Shown here: one piece after another, positions 1-14,246 of the stretch
How the letters are laid out: every line of letters starts with the position of its first letter
How positions within the stretch are numbered: position 1 is the first letter of the stretch
Assembly: GCA_907165135.1 (NCBI GenBank)
Contig: OU015566.1
Location: forward strand, 9,982,001 to 10,046,000
Source: Oikopleura dioica
Taxonomy: Eukaryota; Animalia; Chordata
Length of the DNA: 64,000 bases
Direction: 5' to 3'
Notes under the pieces: generated by a model
Seen by the model: the letters and a program-made list of their open reading frames with translations, nothing else
What the model was told of the DNA's origin: nothing
The model's database searches: none
Made by a program: the position numbers and the translations under genes

Positions 1-2559
1 CATGAGAGACGTAGAATGTACTCACAGCTAAAATTAAGGGGGTGAACAACAGTTACGTGTTTGAGAATACGCACACGCGTAATTGACATAAGGTGACATC
101 TGGTAAGCCGGTTCTGACCCACGTCATAGCAATCTATGCTAGACAGCGAGTTGCCAAGGAAAGTTATGCTACACTACTAATAATATTGCTAGCTCGATAA
201 AATCGAAATATCCTCGAACTTGAATTTCATGGTTTTTTTTTATTTTTATCAAGCTATCTTATCAATTTTCGCTATCTACTGCAAGACAGATGTTCGCCGG
301 GGCATAAAATCAGTCATGACTCATGATATAAGAACAGGCGCTTTTCAGACTTCAAATCTCATAAAATGTTTGCTTCTTTTTTGGCTCCGCTTTGACTAGG
401 CCTACATTGCTTCTGATGATATGATGGTAAAATGAAAATCTTAACCCACCTTTGGAAAGTAATTGTTAAAATAATGAATTTTCTCGACATAGTTTGATAT
501 TAAATTTATTCCTGCAAATTATTTCGTTTTTTTGGGGTTTCTTTTCAATTAGTGCTGCAAAGAGTGTAGAAAATAATTTTCACAGAGGGGTCAAAATTAG
601 TGCGTCTGGGAGAAAAAAGTTTAACGAACATTTCTAAAGTGTCAAGAAAACGTTTATCGTGCTGGCGACACGACAGAGCTTGCCAGATGACGACCACTAA
701 TCCAACAGCACGTGTCATAAGCATGGTTTTATGTTCACTTTTTTTTTTCTTATTTCTTTATTGTTTAGAATCGGCGAGACAGTAAAGGTATCCAGCGTCG
801 GGGAGCACTCAGTTTCCTCGGAAGAAAAAGTCGTCGTAGTAGTCGTAGTTATCTGAAGATTTGCGTGTTGTGAGAATTTCGGAAAGGTTGTTTGATTAAG
901 GTGATAGAGGACGTTTATCGTGTCTGTAAAAAAGACCAGCGTAGAATTTACAGATCAGTTCAGAGTAACAAGCTCAAATGCTGGTAGATAAACGAGCTAA
1001 GATAGTAGCCAAGAGTAAATTCTTTTTCTTTCAAATATTGCTTTTCATTTATCATTTCTCATATTGACTTACCGAGGGGAATAGTTTCGATTCTGTCATA
1101 AGTTCGTTTTGCAATTTTTCCCGGCTGAAACGACCTTTCTATTTTGGGGTTTTATTTCGGAGCAAAAGTTCTTTTTCTAAACTTTATTCGAGTTTAAATT
1201 CTATGGCGCGATTGGTACTGTTTCTAGCTAAGGTGATAAACCCGTTCTCGAACATGCGTTGATACAAGCGCTGTCGGGCGATTCCAGACAACGGTTCACT
1301 GAATTAGCCGTGTTATCGGATCACTAACTCACCGTATTGTACTAGTTTTAGACAAGGTGCGACTTTACAAGCGAACGAAGATAATCTCTATCACTAATAA
1401 GAGTCTATTAACTCAACTCCTAAAAGAGGATGAGGGGAGCGAACTTAGTGATAGATAAACAATAGTAAATACTCGTGGGTTCTGGACCATCCCTTATAGG
1501 TAACATCTGGCAGGATCGTGTCTCAGTATGATAATAACAAAGCTGTAGAAATGCAGCGAGTTTACGAGTTATTCAAACCTGGCAATGTCACGCTTGGGCC
1601 ATGCGCCGGTGGCTTGTTGAGCGCTGACCACGCTGAAAGGGGATTGCGGATTAAACTCAGTTAGACACTGCGCCAGAGGTGAAAGAGACACCGTGCTCAT
1701 TTCAAAACTCCTCGGCAATTGTATAAGCCCATTACCACCGTTGACCAGTGTTCTCTCAATCCCTCGCTCAAAAAATACGAAAAGAAAACGAAACGAAGAG
1801 CTTTTTTGGTAATTCCGCAATCCCATCACAACTCAGCAGGAAGATTTTAATAGCGTTAGCGATAAACATCTTCAATTTTAAATTGAAAATCGCTCCGAAT
1901 CAAACAGTCTAAAGAATGAATACTCAAGCTGTGACACCCTTATTTTTCCTTCCAAAAAGTAAAGAATGGCCTATCAGTTTGGTTGTCATATTAATGGTAA
2001 GCTTTAAAAATTAACCTCTGTATCTCTTCTGTCTCTGAAAAGCTCTCTCTCTAAGAAGGGTAGAAGGCCCCTTTTAGTAAGGCGGCGCTTTTGCATAATC
2101 CATCTCATAGAACAGCGATTATTAGCAGTCAGCTCAATAAAATAATCGACATGTCCCGTATATAAAATTCTATCATCTCTGCAGCACGGTCTCGATCATA
2201 CGGGATGTTATTTACGGCCCATTTACGGGATAGAAAAAAAAGATGAAGCAGATCAGCGCAGAATGGGCTGCTGGAATTAAATGTCTCGGAAAATGAAAGA
2301 AGTCCATATGCTCAAGTCCAGATTAGCCTTTTGTCGAAGAGCGTTTTGCAAGGTTAATTTGGTCGAAATTGGCAATTGGAAATTGAAAATTGCAAAAATT
2401 AGACTTCTGTTGTTATTCATTTTCTCGTAAACTGGAAAGTTTCTGTCAAAAAGTTGTCGATTAAAGTTCTTGGTAATTTATAAATCTCGGATTTCTGTCG
2501 AAAAATAAATAATTAATCAATTATTATCATGAGACTAAGAACAGATTCGACGCGATATT

Positions 2560-3620
2560 AATTATTTACCGGCATACTTTTTTGACGTGACACAACTTGC
2601 CCGTACTACTGTAGCTGACAATATGTTTGTTTTCAAGAATAGGCTTCCTGAAGGGCCGGATAATAAGATTCTCCGAAAGCTCGGTGATGAAGCGGGTCCA
2701 TCCGGAGGGTGGGGATTAGAAGTGGGCCCAGGGCTGAAACGAGCTCGTAACGACCCTTGCGTAATTACCTGAGGACGTTTTGCTGGCAATTACAAAAAAG
2801 ACGCTGCCTAAACACCAGATCTGGGTTCAAAATTCACACTTTGCCGATTTGTGGGAAAATTTTTTCGACAAGACGCCCAGCTGGACATGGCTTGTTGGAG
2901 CCCGCCCTGACAATCATACAGATGGACGGCCGTGGCAAGAAAAGGGGCTAGCGAAATCGTGGGTTGTCTTTTTTTCACACTGTGACCGTTTTTGTCCGAT
3001 GCATGGCAAGCTCTTTACAGGGCATTCAAAGACGGTAAGTTACCAGAAAATTTAATCAACAGCCTTGGCTTTAAAATCTACTTTGATAGAAAAAAAAAGA
3101 TGAGTACACTTTACAATACGCGCGTTTAGAAGATTGGGTTAAGGATTTTTGCTTGAATCGGATTACTCGAGTCCTGGGCGGTGAGACACACGTGTTGTAT
3201 ATTTCTGGGCATGCAGCCCAAAATACAACTCGATTTCCTCTGCTCACACGCAAAATAACCAAAAGTCACCTTCGACGATGCCACAGGTGAAATTCTGACG
3301 CAGTTACCGGTAACTCAAGTCAATCTAGTACGCTTGGTTTTGAGCAAGAACAAAGTTTTTTTTGCCGAAAAAGGCTCCTGAAGAATCCGGCTTTTTTGTT
3401 TGATAACAAGAAGGTGAGAATCTAAGCAAACTCAAGTTCGTTTTCAAGCTCTTCTCTCACTCTCTCAAGCTTATGAAACCGGCCCGTGTGAAGTTTCATT
3501 TCGCTCTGAGCAGGTCTTTCTTGCGAAACCTCTTAATCCTCAATTATTACGGACAGAGTACGACCTTCTCGATGGAAGAAGACACGTTACACAGTTTCAA
3601 ATTTTCACTTTCATAAATCT
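2560..3620 (+). pseudogene. Decayed ORF remnant, unidentified (possibly from a transposable element)
   Basis: Protein-like segments in changing frames separated by stops and frameshifts, e.g. LPKHQIWVQNSHFADLWENFFDKTPSWTWLVG, RLEDWVKDFCLNRITRVLGGETHVLYISG, KVTFDDATGEILTQLPVTQVNLVRLVLS, SEQVFLAKPLNPQLLRTEYDLLDG. No family motif recognised. Confidence 0.25.
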
Positions 3621-5903
3621 CTAAATGAGCTTCTCACCGAGCGCGCAGGGACGGAGAAATCTGTTTTCAAAGACGATGCATTTTGTTTTGGCTTTGAACC
3701 TCAGTATCTGTCTGAGTACAGGTGGCCCGACGCCGGTACTGAGCGCGGAAGTGGTCAAACGTGCGGTCTATCCGGTATTGCAATGAAAACGGCGCGGCCC
3801 TGGAGCTCGGGAGGATTTCACAAATGGAAATTATAAGCGCTTTAGAACTTCCCCTTACACGAAAGAAAAGCACGCGAAAGATCTGATCAAAAAAGGATCA
3901 TAACAGCGATAAGCTCCGATAGAAGATCAGATGAGGGAATTTTTCTTTTGACAGAAAATTTTAGAAATCCTCATAAAAAGAATGAAAGATTCAATACCCC
4001 CCAAAAAAGCAGACTTTCAGTAATAAGAGTGCTGTAAGTCCAATACTCCGCTGAAAAATTAATGACTTCGACTGTTAATGGCCGGGTAAACAGACTGTTA
4101 ATTTCCAAAATGAACTTTCTTCGAGCAGTTTCAAGTTTGAAGTAAAATTGGATGAAAGAGGAGCTCTTGAACTTGAAAGTGGACTCTTTTCGAGAAAGTC
4201 TTTCCAAGAGCGAGCGGCTCATATGACCTCCACGTCGAAAGGGATCAAAAACAAAGTCTTTCTCAAGTGAGTGCCGATTCTTGTGCCGAGTTTGACATCA
4301 CCATTTTTCAGAAACGCGCGAAACAAATCAGATTAGAAAACGTGGGCTAGTTCTATCGCTCGGATTTCGTCGAAGCTGATCATTTTAGAATATCCCTTCA
4401 AAAATCGAATTGATCCTTTTCGTTTCGAAATTCTTTCGCCATGTCCGAGCCCATTTTCTGGCACTTCTATCACGTGTCATTCTTTCGTAGATTACCAGCT
4501 TTCGTAAACCTGTAGTTTATCAATTCTCGATTATCGGAGGAAAAGGTCTAGAAGAGACTGACGTTTTATGTGGTCTAATTTGAACAAGTGGCGCGACCGC
4601 AAGAAGATATGGGAGCAGAAGTGGATGAACCCAGGTTCTCGAGGATCTTGAGATCGTGGAATACATTTACAGTTATTATTTGAACCGAGAAACACTCAAT
4701 TCTTCGACCCCGAAAATGATTGAATCGAGAAATCAATTTGATCATGCACCCTAAAAGCATCTGCTATTTTCCGCTTTTTCAAATATTTATTGAAAATGTA
4801 TCGCAATAAAAATGATGGTAATTATTGAAGACCTTGAAATACAGTCTTTTTGCGAGCAACATATTTTTTAATTAAAATATTCTGTTTTCATAATTCCCGT
4901 TGCATCTTTATCAAGCGATAGTATCTCAAAGATTCTCCGTAACAAGTTCCAAATCACCCTATTTCATGATAGAAAAAAGCCAGTTAATAATTTCATCGCC
5001 TATTAATTCATTTATTTAGCTTTTTTCAGGCTCTGCGATTTAATTGAACAAGAACTTCGCCGTGAAAAGAAGGAAGTAGCCGTCATTGACGGGCCGTCAA
5101 AGTATTTGGTCCTGGTGGAGCAGATCTAATTTGGAGTCAATCGAAAAGTTCACGGGGGCGAGAAAACGCTCAACTCTCTTCTAACCACGCAATAAGCTTT
5201 TTTGACCTTCTTAGACGATAGTCGTGGAAGAATTAGCGGCAGATTTTAGGCGACAACCTTGGTCAAGTATACTCTGCCCAAAATCCTTAATACGGCTTGA
5301 AAATGACTCTCATTTAACATGCTTTAGTTAATTTGTCTGAAATGATTATTACTCTCTTTGATTAGTACCGATTCATTTTTTGCTTATACTGTAAAAAGAG
5401 ACTTGATGAGGCTATTTCAGTCAAAGAATAAGTTGATTCAATTCTGGAATAAACTCTCTTTCACTCCAAAACTCCAGATGATGTTATTTCAATTTGTACT
5501 GAAAACAATGGCCGAACAATTCATAAAAATTAAGCCATCTGAGTCGATCAGAAAGATCTGCGCGCCGCTATTTAGTCCCAATAAACGTTGGCTATTTGCT
5601 AGAAACATTAGTGTATATCGGTATTTCTTACTTCGACGGGAGCGGGGGCGCACACGAGCTGCGCTCGCGAAAACTCCGCGCCACATTTTTCGCCGCGGCG
5701 CAATTTTCCACCGCGTGGTCGAAAAAAAGAAGAAATCAAGAAGCGAGAAAAACGTACCCTTAAAACAAAAAAGTAGAAAAGTATACCTTGAATACTCACT
5801 TTGTGTTTTTGTACCTTTTTTTTTATTCCAGAAGAGCCGCAAGAGATCTGCCACAAGAAGTTGCAAATAGTTGTCGATAAGAAAGACAACAAAAAGACCT
5901 AAA

Positions 5904-5940
5904 ATGAAGATCGCTATACTTTTTGCGAGCCTCGGGACTG
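5904..5940 (+). CDS. Candidate first coding exon encoding a signal-peptide start (MKIAILFASLGT)
   Basis: ATG at 5904, hydrophobic run, phase-1 GT donor at 5941. Polypyrimidine AG acceptor upstream (ttttattccag, ~5831) and GC-rich promoter-like block at 5630-5710. Confidence 0.4.
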
Positions 5941-7610
5941 GTAATTTTGGAATTTTTTTTTCGTAAAATAAATTTTTTTTTTGACTTTCAACTTGAAAGT
6001 TTCAAGGATATAAAGACCTCTTTTTCTATTTATTCTTATGATAATCACTTTCTAAATCGGCGATTCTAGCAGATTGATTGAGTTTTTTGGTTGAAAATTG
6101 TCTCTTCAAAAGCCTTTTTTTAAAGTTAACCTGCCACAATCGCTGATTCTGCGGTAAATACAGGCAAAATCGACATTTTTTTACAAATTTTCAGGTGAAA
6201 TTTCATTGAAAAACGGACAATTTCGCGATAGATTTAGCTGAGTTTTTCCCCATAAAACAGCGTTTTAGTTGTTTTTATTTATTTTTTCCGTAAGAATAAA
6301 TGATATACTGTATTTTGTTTTCCACTGTAGTAATCCTATTATTTACGATTGATGTCACATCGTTGCTCCATCATCAATTTTGGATCATTGCGGTAGTTGT
6401 AACATGTTAATTCGAAAACGTATCCGGGCTAGTTGTCTGTTCCACGCGCTCCAGTTCCCTGTCAGTTAACATCACAAGTAAAATCAGAACTTGCAATTCA
6501 ATTAAGGCGTTTCCCTCTCAATTAAATCAGTCTTGACGATTTCGAATTCAATCGCGGACATGGCGTGGAGTTTTCCATTTCCGCCATTGAATTAAGGGGA
6601 AACAGGTTAACTCCTATTCAATTATGAACTTTAATCTCCATTCCACCTGACGAAGGGTATCTACGAGCGCAGACTCAGCCCCTAGAGCTCTGGAACGCTT
6701 TAGAACACCTTGAAATTAGTGACATCACTCGCTGCTAATTGAACATACATACAAATGAGTCGGGTACTTGGGAGCATCTCAACAGCTTGTCCGATACAAG
6801 GAGGATATTCTGCAGTGCAGTTTGCACTCAGAATTGCGAAAAACGGCTTTCGAAATTGTCTCACTTTTTTTTACTTCAAACTTCTCAAGAAGGCCCGAAC
6901 TCGGCTTTGATCCGCAGATAGGGTTGACTTATTCGGATCGCGTAACAGATAGAAAAAAAGTGATGAGTTTTCTGAAGAAATGCAAAAACTGAAAATGAAA
7001 ATTTTAAATAACAAAAATAATTTTTTATGAAAATAAAAATTTATTTAATTTTGATCACGCGATAACGACTTGACAAGAATTCAATTTGAAAATCCGAAAT
7101 TGGAAGCGATAATTGAGCCAATTTCTGGTTCAACATAACATTTTCATGATCAAGTATCGAGCGAAGAGGAAATCTAGGATTAAAAAATAATTTATCGCAA
7201 GTATTGAATGATCCTAGCTATGACGAGTTTTTCAAGTGGCTATAAGCTTTTTCAAGCTTTCATTTCGTGGAATTCGAGTTGAAATTTTAAAGCTATTTTG
7301 AAGTAAAGAAAATTCGAGCTCCGGAGCTAGAGTCCTAAAATCCGAGGGCTACATCCGCTTCTCTTTACTTTTCTTTTCAGCCGCCCTTAAATTTTAAATT
7401 TTCTAAAGCCTTATTTTCAAAAACAGACAGCTAGTTAAAATTCTACGGCAAAATTAACGTGTTGTGCAATGAGTCAATGACGCGCGTTTTTTTTTCTCAC
7501 AAATTCGTAAATTCGCAAATTCGAAAATTCGCCCCGTCTGCTCGTTATAGATTTTTTTCATTTGCGGCTTTCAAGAATTAGAAAGAGCCGCGAAGGTTCT
7601 ATAACGGCGG

Positions 7611-8160
7611 GTGCTGAGTAGAAAGTACACGTTATCGGTGATTTCACGCTTTTGGCATAACATTGTTAAATCAGATTTTGACGAAGCGCTCGATCTGAGC
7701 CCAGAATACTTTGCCAAAACAAACGCTATCGTATTTTTTATGCTTGAAGAGAGCGTAAAGACGAAAAAAGGGACACTTACAAAGGCGGACACGAAAATCG
7801 TTAATTAAAATTTCTGCCCGTTTTTTTCGAGGAATCTCTTATAAAGGGTGTTTATAATTACGCGTTTGGCATTCTTTCTCGGGCTGAGCCAAAATGTTTG
7901 CCGCATAGCTGGTGCCTTTTTAGCGCGAAGAAAGCGCCGCAGAAGAAACGTGCACGGAATGTTCACCCGGAAAGGAGAGTGGCCTATCCACGCCTTGTAA
8001 CAGTAACTGATGCTTATACGGTCGATTTTGATATCACCTCCGAGTGTATTGAGTGTCTCCACGTGAGTCTAAATCCGGCATTTGCGCGTATCTCCAGTTT
8101 AATGGAGTCCGGACGCCATGAGCTGTCACGATCTTCTGAATCTCTCCCTTCCGCTTGTTG
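7611..8160 (+). CDS. Unassigned coding-like exons or pseudogene
   Basis: SDFDEALDLSPEYFAKTNAIVFFMLEESVK can be joined by a short GT-AG intron near 7800-7832 to ESLIKGVYNYAFGILSRAEPKCLPHSWCLF. In-frame TAA upstream; no start or family identified. Confidence 0.25.
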
Positions 8161-11100
8161 ATTGCGCATCCAAAACACAATCTGATAAACCAACCACTTC
8201 CAACACTCATTTTCTAATTAACAACTCAGGGTCACTTCGGTACTTTCTAGCGACGAAAGAACCATTACTTCGAGTTGAATCTTCCCTTTTTTTGAAATCG
8301 AAGAAGAGGCGCATTATTTATTTTTTCATAATAGGCATTTTTCTGGCTTCAAACATTCTTCCTTCCTTTGATTATGCAAAGAGAATTGGCTCCGTGGCCG
8401 GGCCGCATGGGATCCACTTTGATCTTGTTGCGCCCAAAGTCAACTCTTTGCGAAAAAACGACGCTAAGTTGGCTCTGGCTGTCGTTTTAACCCATTTCTT
8501 CCGCTGATTGCTGTTCTTATGGAGCGATAATTGCAGAAGATAATAGAATGTGTGATGAAACACAAACAAAGAGAGCGGAGTTGTTAGGCCAAAACATGAC
8601 CCTTTGACGCTGCTCTCACTCGAGGGAAGAAAGAGTTCCAACAAGTGGGCTCATTCCTTGTGATGTGTCAAAACGATAATCTACAGCTGTCACATTTTGG
8701 GCAATGAAAATGTCATTACAGCGAGTTTGATAGACTTGTCCAGATGTAACTCGAGATCTGACGTAAAAGAATTTCTAGCGTCTTACATGATCAATTAGAC
8801 AACTTTTCTGTGGAACAGTTTTTTCTGATGATAAGCAAAATTATGAAGCGGGGCTCCTTTCCTCCGCTGAAATGCAGCAGGCATCGGCATTGAAACCGTA
8901 ACTGTATCGTGGCGCAAAGGCACGTGTAATCTCCGCCTCCAATCGAGGTGTGAGTACCCTTGGCTTCGATTTCAGTCAATTTTCGCCACGGTGTTGCCTT
9001 CCGCGCCGCGTAAAACCGAGATCTTGAGCACTGCAACTCTCAGCATCACTTGAGCCACGCGCGTAAAAAGCAACTACCGGGGGGTGTCTGAGATCACCGT
9101 GTCCGGTCTGGATCGTATCAAGCTGCCAATTAGTTTTTTGCTTGATTTTGTAAGGCTTTTACTGCATTGTTTCATCAATAAGATCCTTTAAAAGATTATT
9201 TCTTAGAAAAAGAGTTTCAAATTTTACGCGGAAATTTCCCCCTCAAGTTCTCGTAAATACAGGGTGTGAGTGACCATTTTCCCGGGGGCTGAAAGCGCTT
9301 CCCAAAAGAGAAGTTAATGACCTTCTTTTATGACTTCTCTGTTTATAAGATCATGAGAGCGCAGTCACTCATCAGCAAGTTTAAAAACGCCGAGCAGAAA
9401 CTTTCAGCATTCGAAAAAATAAACACGATTTTGAATAAGCTGCTTCTATTTTTCTCGGAGTTCGGCCGCGATCACGAAAATCGCCACCTCCGCGGACAGC
9501 TGAGCTCAAACGTGGTGTTGCCAGATCTAATTACCGAATGCCGTAAAAACGCTGAAATCCTCTAATTTGTGAACACCAAATCTTCACAAATTGAGAAAGC
9601 TGCGGGTATAGATCAAAACACCAAGCAAACACGAAGCAGCAAGCAGGCGAAAGAAAAAGCGTTGTTGACTTTTTGAGAAGTGGCGTCACAGATTATCGGG
9701 CAATAAAGTGCTTGTTAATTGAGCTAAACAACAACTAGATGTAGAACTGATGATTAATTCTAGTTGTGAATAACGACTTTATCAAATGTCATTTTCAATA
9801 CGACAAGGGTTCGTATTGAATTCTAAAGTGAGTGAGGCTGGGCTCTAAAACCTGAGTAAAAACCTGAGTCAGGTTTTCTACACAGGTTTCGGAGTCAAGG
9901 GAGAGATTTTTTTCTCTCAAAAAAGTAGTCGATTTTGAAGCTTAAAAAACTGAGTTGAACTTGGTTTAACATCTACGAATTGACACTGTGGTTTTCCAAG
10001 TATCCGGCACCTTAGGATTAGATGGCTTGATCCCGGCCACATGATTCCTACCGCGTTAAGAAAACTTATGGAAATTACAAGCTAGGTGTTGATTCAGGCC
10101 ACCCTTCGTATGAACCAATTATTCAATTCACACTTCTACGAAAAAAATCACAAATTATATTCGCTCGATAGTGGTCGCCTTCGTCCACAAAAAATGATGT
10201 GAACAGAACCGTAATTGCCAGCTGCTCGAGCTCGATGCTTGAGACCATTTTGTGGCTTATTTTTACACCTGCTTCTTAAAAAATGAGAAAATTTTCATCG
10301 TAAAAATTGACCTAAAAATTCAAATTACCCTGTCGAATAACTGACGAACGATGTTGGTTTAATTGACGCAAAGGAGTATATTTTGCTTGGCAAAGCAAAA
10401 AATTGGAGATAAGGAGTTGTCTACTTGGGGTGATTTTAGGATTGATGACTGCGAATTTACAGATTTTGACGGGATGGATTTCATATTTGACTACTTTTTG
10501 ATCGAATTTTAAATGACCAGGCCACGTCACTTTTGCTGAATATCAAGAAATATAGCGTTTTGGGGTGGTTATTCAAAAAACTCGACATAAAAGCAATCAT
10601 TTATCAAAAAATCCAAGATCCCGATTTTTTTCTGCGAGAAAATATTAAAGTTCTACTTTTTTGAGAATTTCTGTCTAAAAATTGAAGAACTTGTTTTCAT
10701 CAAACTAAACAAGGCAAAATAATCAGTGAACCTTCTTGAGAGCGGCAAGCTGCCCGGGCGAAGAAAACGAGTTATGTTGAGCGTGTTTTTAGCGGGCGCG
10801 CCACTTCGTAGCTCGGCGGCGAGTGAATTCCATTTTTTCGTGAAACTGGAATCTCCGCCGCATAAAGCAAAGTGCCTCCCCTAACTTTATATATCTACAA
10901 AATCGTTCGTCAAATCGTTCTAAAGTGAAATGCTCGACAAATTGGGCAGGAGCCATAACTCTTTAGAAAATTATTTATTTTATATTTTTTTCTGAAAAAA
11001 GTCAGGTGATTTTCCCTCATAAGTGATGATAGCATAGTAAGCGAGCATAGGAATGATTTCAGAACTAAGTGAATTATAAACAAAGATACTGTTTAGAATT

Positions 11101-11599
11101 TTAGAAGTGCACAACAGTGTTAGTACTATTGACGGTCGGATTTCGCGTTTCGCGCAGCAGCTTTGTGGTCGCCACAATGCCTTGCGACAAGCTAAAAATG
11201 CCGCAAGCGGACTTAACCTGCTGTCGCACCATGTGCCAAATTGGGAATATACGTGAATAATCGGCTTCTGATGACTCAGAGAAATTCTTTTCTGACCAAA
11301 AGATCTTCGGTGCAAATAAACTTCTTTTTTAATTCATCGAAACTCTGAACCTATCGGTAAATTTGGTCAAAAAATATCCAAAAAAAAAACAAGAAAAGAC
11401 TTTAACCCATCATCAGAATTATAACGCTTGCGATTCAAAGCTCACCCGCTGCCAGAAAAATTAACTCAATTCTACACGGGCGCTAATTTGCTCTGCCAAA
11501 TTCTTGATCTCATTTTCACGTCTCAAATTAATGAATTACCACGCGGTCAAGTTCTCATCTCTCTAAGAAGCGAAAAGGAACAGAACAATCCTCAAACAA

Positions 11600-13160
11600 A
11601 AGAAAGAAAGAAATTTTCTCGATCGCGATTTTCCACGCCGCTCTCGGTCAAATGATCTGGAGGATGATCCACTTGGATTTCAGTTGGAATCAAGGGATAG
11701 CTCCAATGGTTGTCCTAAAGCCATTCTAACAGATCTCTTGTTTTCTCGCTTTTAGAGGAATTTTGTTGGTGATTTCGAAACCAGCCTGGTAATCATGGAC
11801 AAATGAAAATAGAATTTTGCTTCCACATAGCGCATAAGTTTAAACTGGCAAATTGGATTTGCCAGGACTCAAATACAGATTTCATATGCTAAGTCGTTCC
11901 ATGCTGTGCGGGTCACGGGATGTTGGGGCCAATACGTGGCCGGGCCGCTTTTATCAGTGCTAAGCCCGCTCCTAGGAAAACTTATCGCACGGCCCGATAT
12001 GTTCCACGTTATGGGCAAAAATTTCTTAAACTTCTTCCTCTATTCAGAGAAATCTTGAAATAAAAAATCTTTCTTCTTTATTTTCAATGCAAAGATATTT
12101 CCAAGACGCATTAGCAATTCTTGAATCTCACTAGGCAAGATCATTTCTCTTCAAATTTGAGCATCAACATTCTCCCGAAATAGAATCTCCAGCTAGAATT
12201 TATTTTATGAAAAACCCCAGTAATGACAAATGCAATAGAAGCTAAATGAACATAATCTGACCCGAAATAAATCAACGTCCAAATCTCTTAAACAAAAATA
12301 AAACTAAGGTTTTATAAGACTTATTATTTCAACAAAAACGAAAGTCAAAAGAATCCCAATTTTGGACTGTTCAATAGATCAAAGATTACTAGGTTTAGAT
12401 TTCAAACCATCTCTTTCTCTCTTAAGAAGCATTATTAGCGGGCGGCGAAAGAGCTCAATCTTTGATCCTTTCGATCTTGAGAATTAAGACTCGCTTGGTC
12501 TTTTTAGAACCTCAGTCTTACCCTGGGTTAACAGCCGAGGCCTGCAGGTGTCCGGTCTTCTTGCTAAAAGGAGGCCCGGGTGTTATCTAAATCCCCTTCA
12601 GAATGGGGAGTGCGAGTAGCTACTAACGGTTAATTGAGCGGGTATTGCGCATTTCCAACTCAAAAGGCGATAAGAACCCCACTCCCCGTACCGCTGATAA
12701 CAATTTCTAGAGCCTCTTCCACCACCACGCTGACTGCGGTGCTCATTCTAGGATAAAACCGCAATCAAATTAAAATGAGCACTCTCAAGTTCTTCTACGA
12801 ACAGCTCAAAACCTTTGTCAGCAGTTGTTAGAAGAATCAAGCCACTATCCTTTACCCTCCAAATAAATCTTCAAATTCAATCAAGAATTGAAGTTGATCC
12901 CACTAGAAAATGGAAATGAACATGTCGTTCCAATCTTCTTCCAATTTTTCAATCAAGGGGACGCCTGATCACATGATCATCCGACTGCGATTTCATCCCT
13001 CTTTAGCCGCTTTGAACGTGGAAACACATACTGAGGATTTCCAAACCTCTTTCTTGGTGCTTGCACTTTGGTTGAAGAATAAACACCACAAGTCTTTAAA
13101 TCATGAGCCCTACATATATTTTCTGAACCCCTGATCAGCTTCGCATCAGATGAAGTGAAA
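11600..13160 (-). mobile_element. Decayed retroelement gag-like remnant (tentative)
   Basis: Minus-strand fragments with stops and frameshifts (PLIEKLEEDWNDMF, DKGFELFVEELESAHF). RGGGRGSRNCYQRYGEWG at ~12640-12730 resembles an eroded CCHC zinc knuckle after an RG-rich stretch. Confidence 0.3.
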
Positions 13161-14246
13161 TCTCCCTATTTTTAATGATAATTTTTATCGCCCTTTTCAA
13201 GCAAAAGGGTTGTTTTTTCTTGAAGGTCAAAAATCAACTCAACTGTTGTTCCACGCTTTTCTTTAAAGACTCTTGAACGAATTATTCCTTTATTATATCA
13301 GCCTTTTTAACCTTTTGTTTTAGTGTATCCTTCTGCGAACGACGAGGAACGGTGTGGAACTTATCAAAACTCCGAGCATTCTCCCTTGTTCAACATTCGG
13401 CTTAGCCCTTGTTCGAGAATTTCTTTCGAAAGCGAACTTTAAATTTTTAAATTTCAAATTTTCTAAATTTTGGAATTTTTATAATTTCTTTTAGAACACC
13501 TGATATTTTAGCTCTATTTCGATACGAGAGCGTGTCAGTTAAGATATCTTGACTGTCAAGAGAAAAGATAGACATTTCGAGGATGAAGATGGATAGTACT
13601 TGCCCGCCAAGTGTCCTAATTGAACGTTTCTCGGATCTCTAGTTCGAGCGATTCGGTTTCTCCGGACGAAAATTCAATTAGTAGCAATTAGTCCGTAGCA
13701 ATTTTTTTCTTTACGAAACATTTTTAATTGGGAAGAAACATGACTGGCTATATTTATAAAGCAGAAAGAGATGCACGCTAGAATCTTTGTTGTCTTCTAA
13801 ACGCTAAAACTAGCGCTAGAATCCTTCGACACGCGTTTTCTGAATTTTCTTGACTGAAAGTTCTCTTGATCAAGGATTGTCAAAACATGACATCTGCCCA
13901 TTGTAGCGGGTTTTGCGAATAAGTTTTGTGAATAAATTATTTTCGAAAACTAAATTAGACTCCAAATATTGCTTCTCTAAAATATTTCGGTTATATTTCG
14001 GTTTATGAGATTTTGAACAACTTGATAAACATGAAATTAAGCCACAAATCTTTTAAAAAATTATGAGTTTTGAGGAGGTTTAGATATGTTTAATTAAATG
14101 ATGTTGAGGATTATGTATTTACTTGCAGAATGAGTCGAATGCACGATTTGGGTTTCCATAATCCTTTAATTTAAGTTATCAAATATATTTAAAAAAATAA
14201 AAAATCTGAATAACGAATCAAAATAAAAATTTTACGGTTTTCGAAG

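Noticed and set aside
1200-1800. Possible LTR
   Set aside because: No second copy, TG...CA ends, PBS or PPT could be confirmed in the window.
5358-5892. 170-aa and 125-aa ORFs
   Set aside because: They span AT-rich intron-like and promoter sequence with biased composition; probably spurious.
7495-7535. Short AAATTCG and AAATTG tandem runs (also ~2365 and ~13440) and a (TC)n tract at ~15785
   Set aside because: Common low-complexity or A-tract sequence with no further structure.
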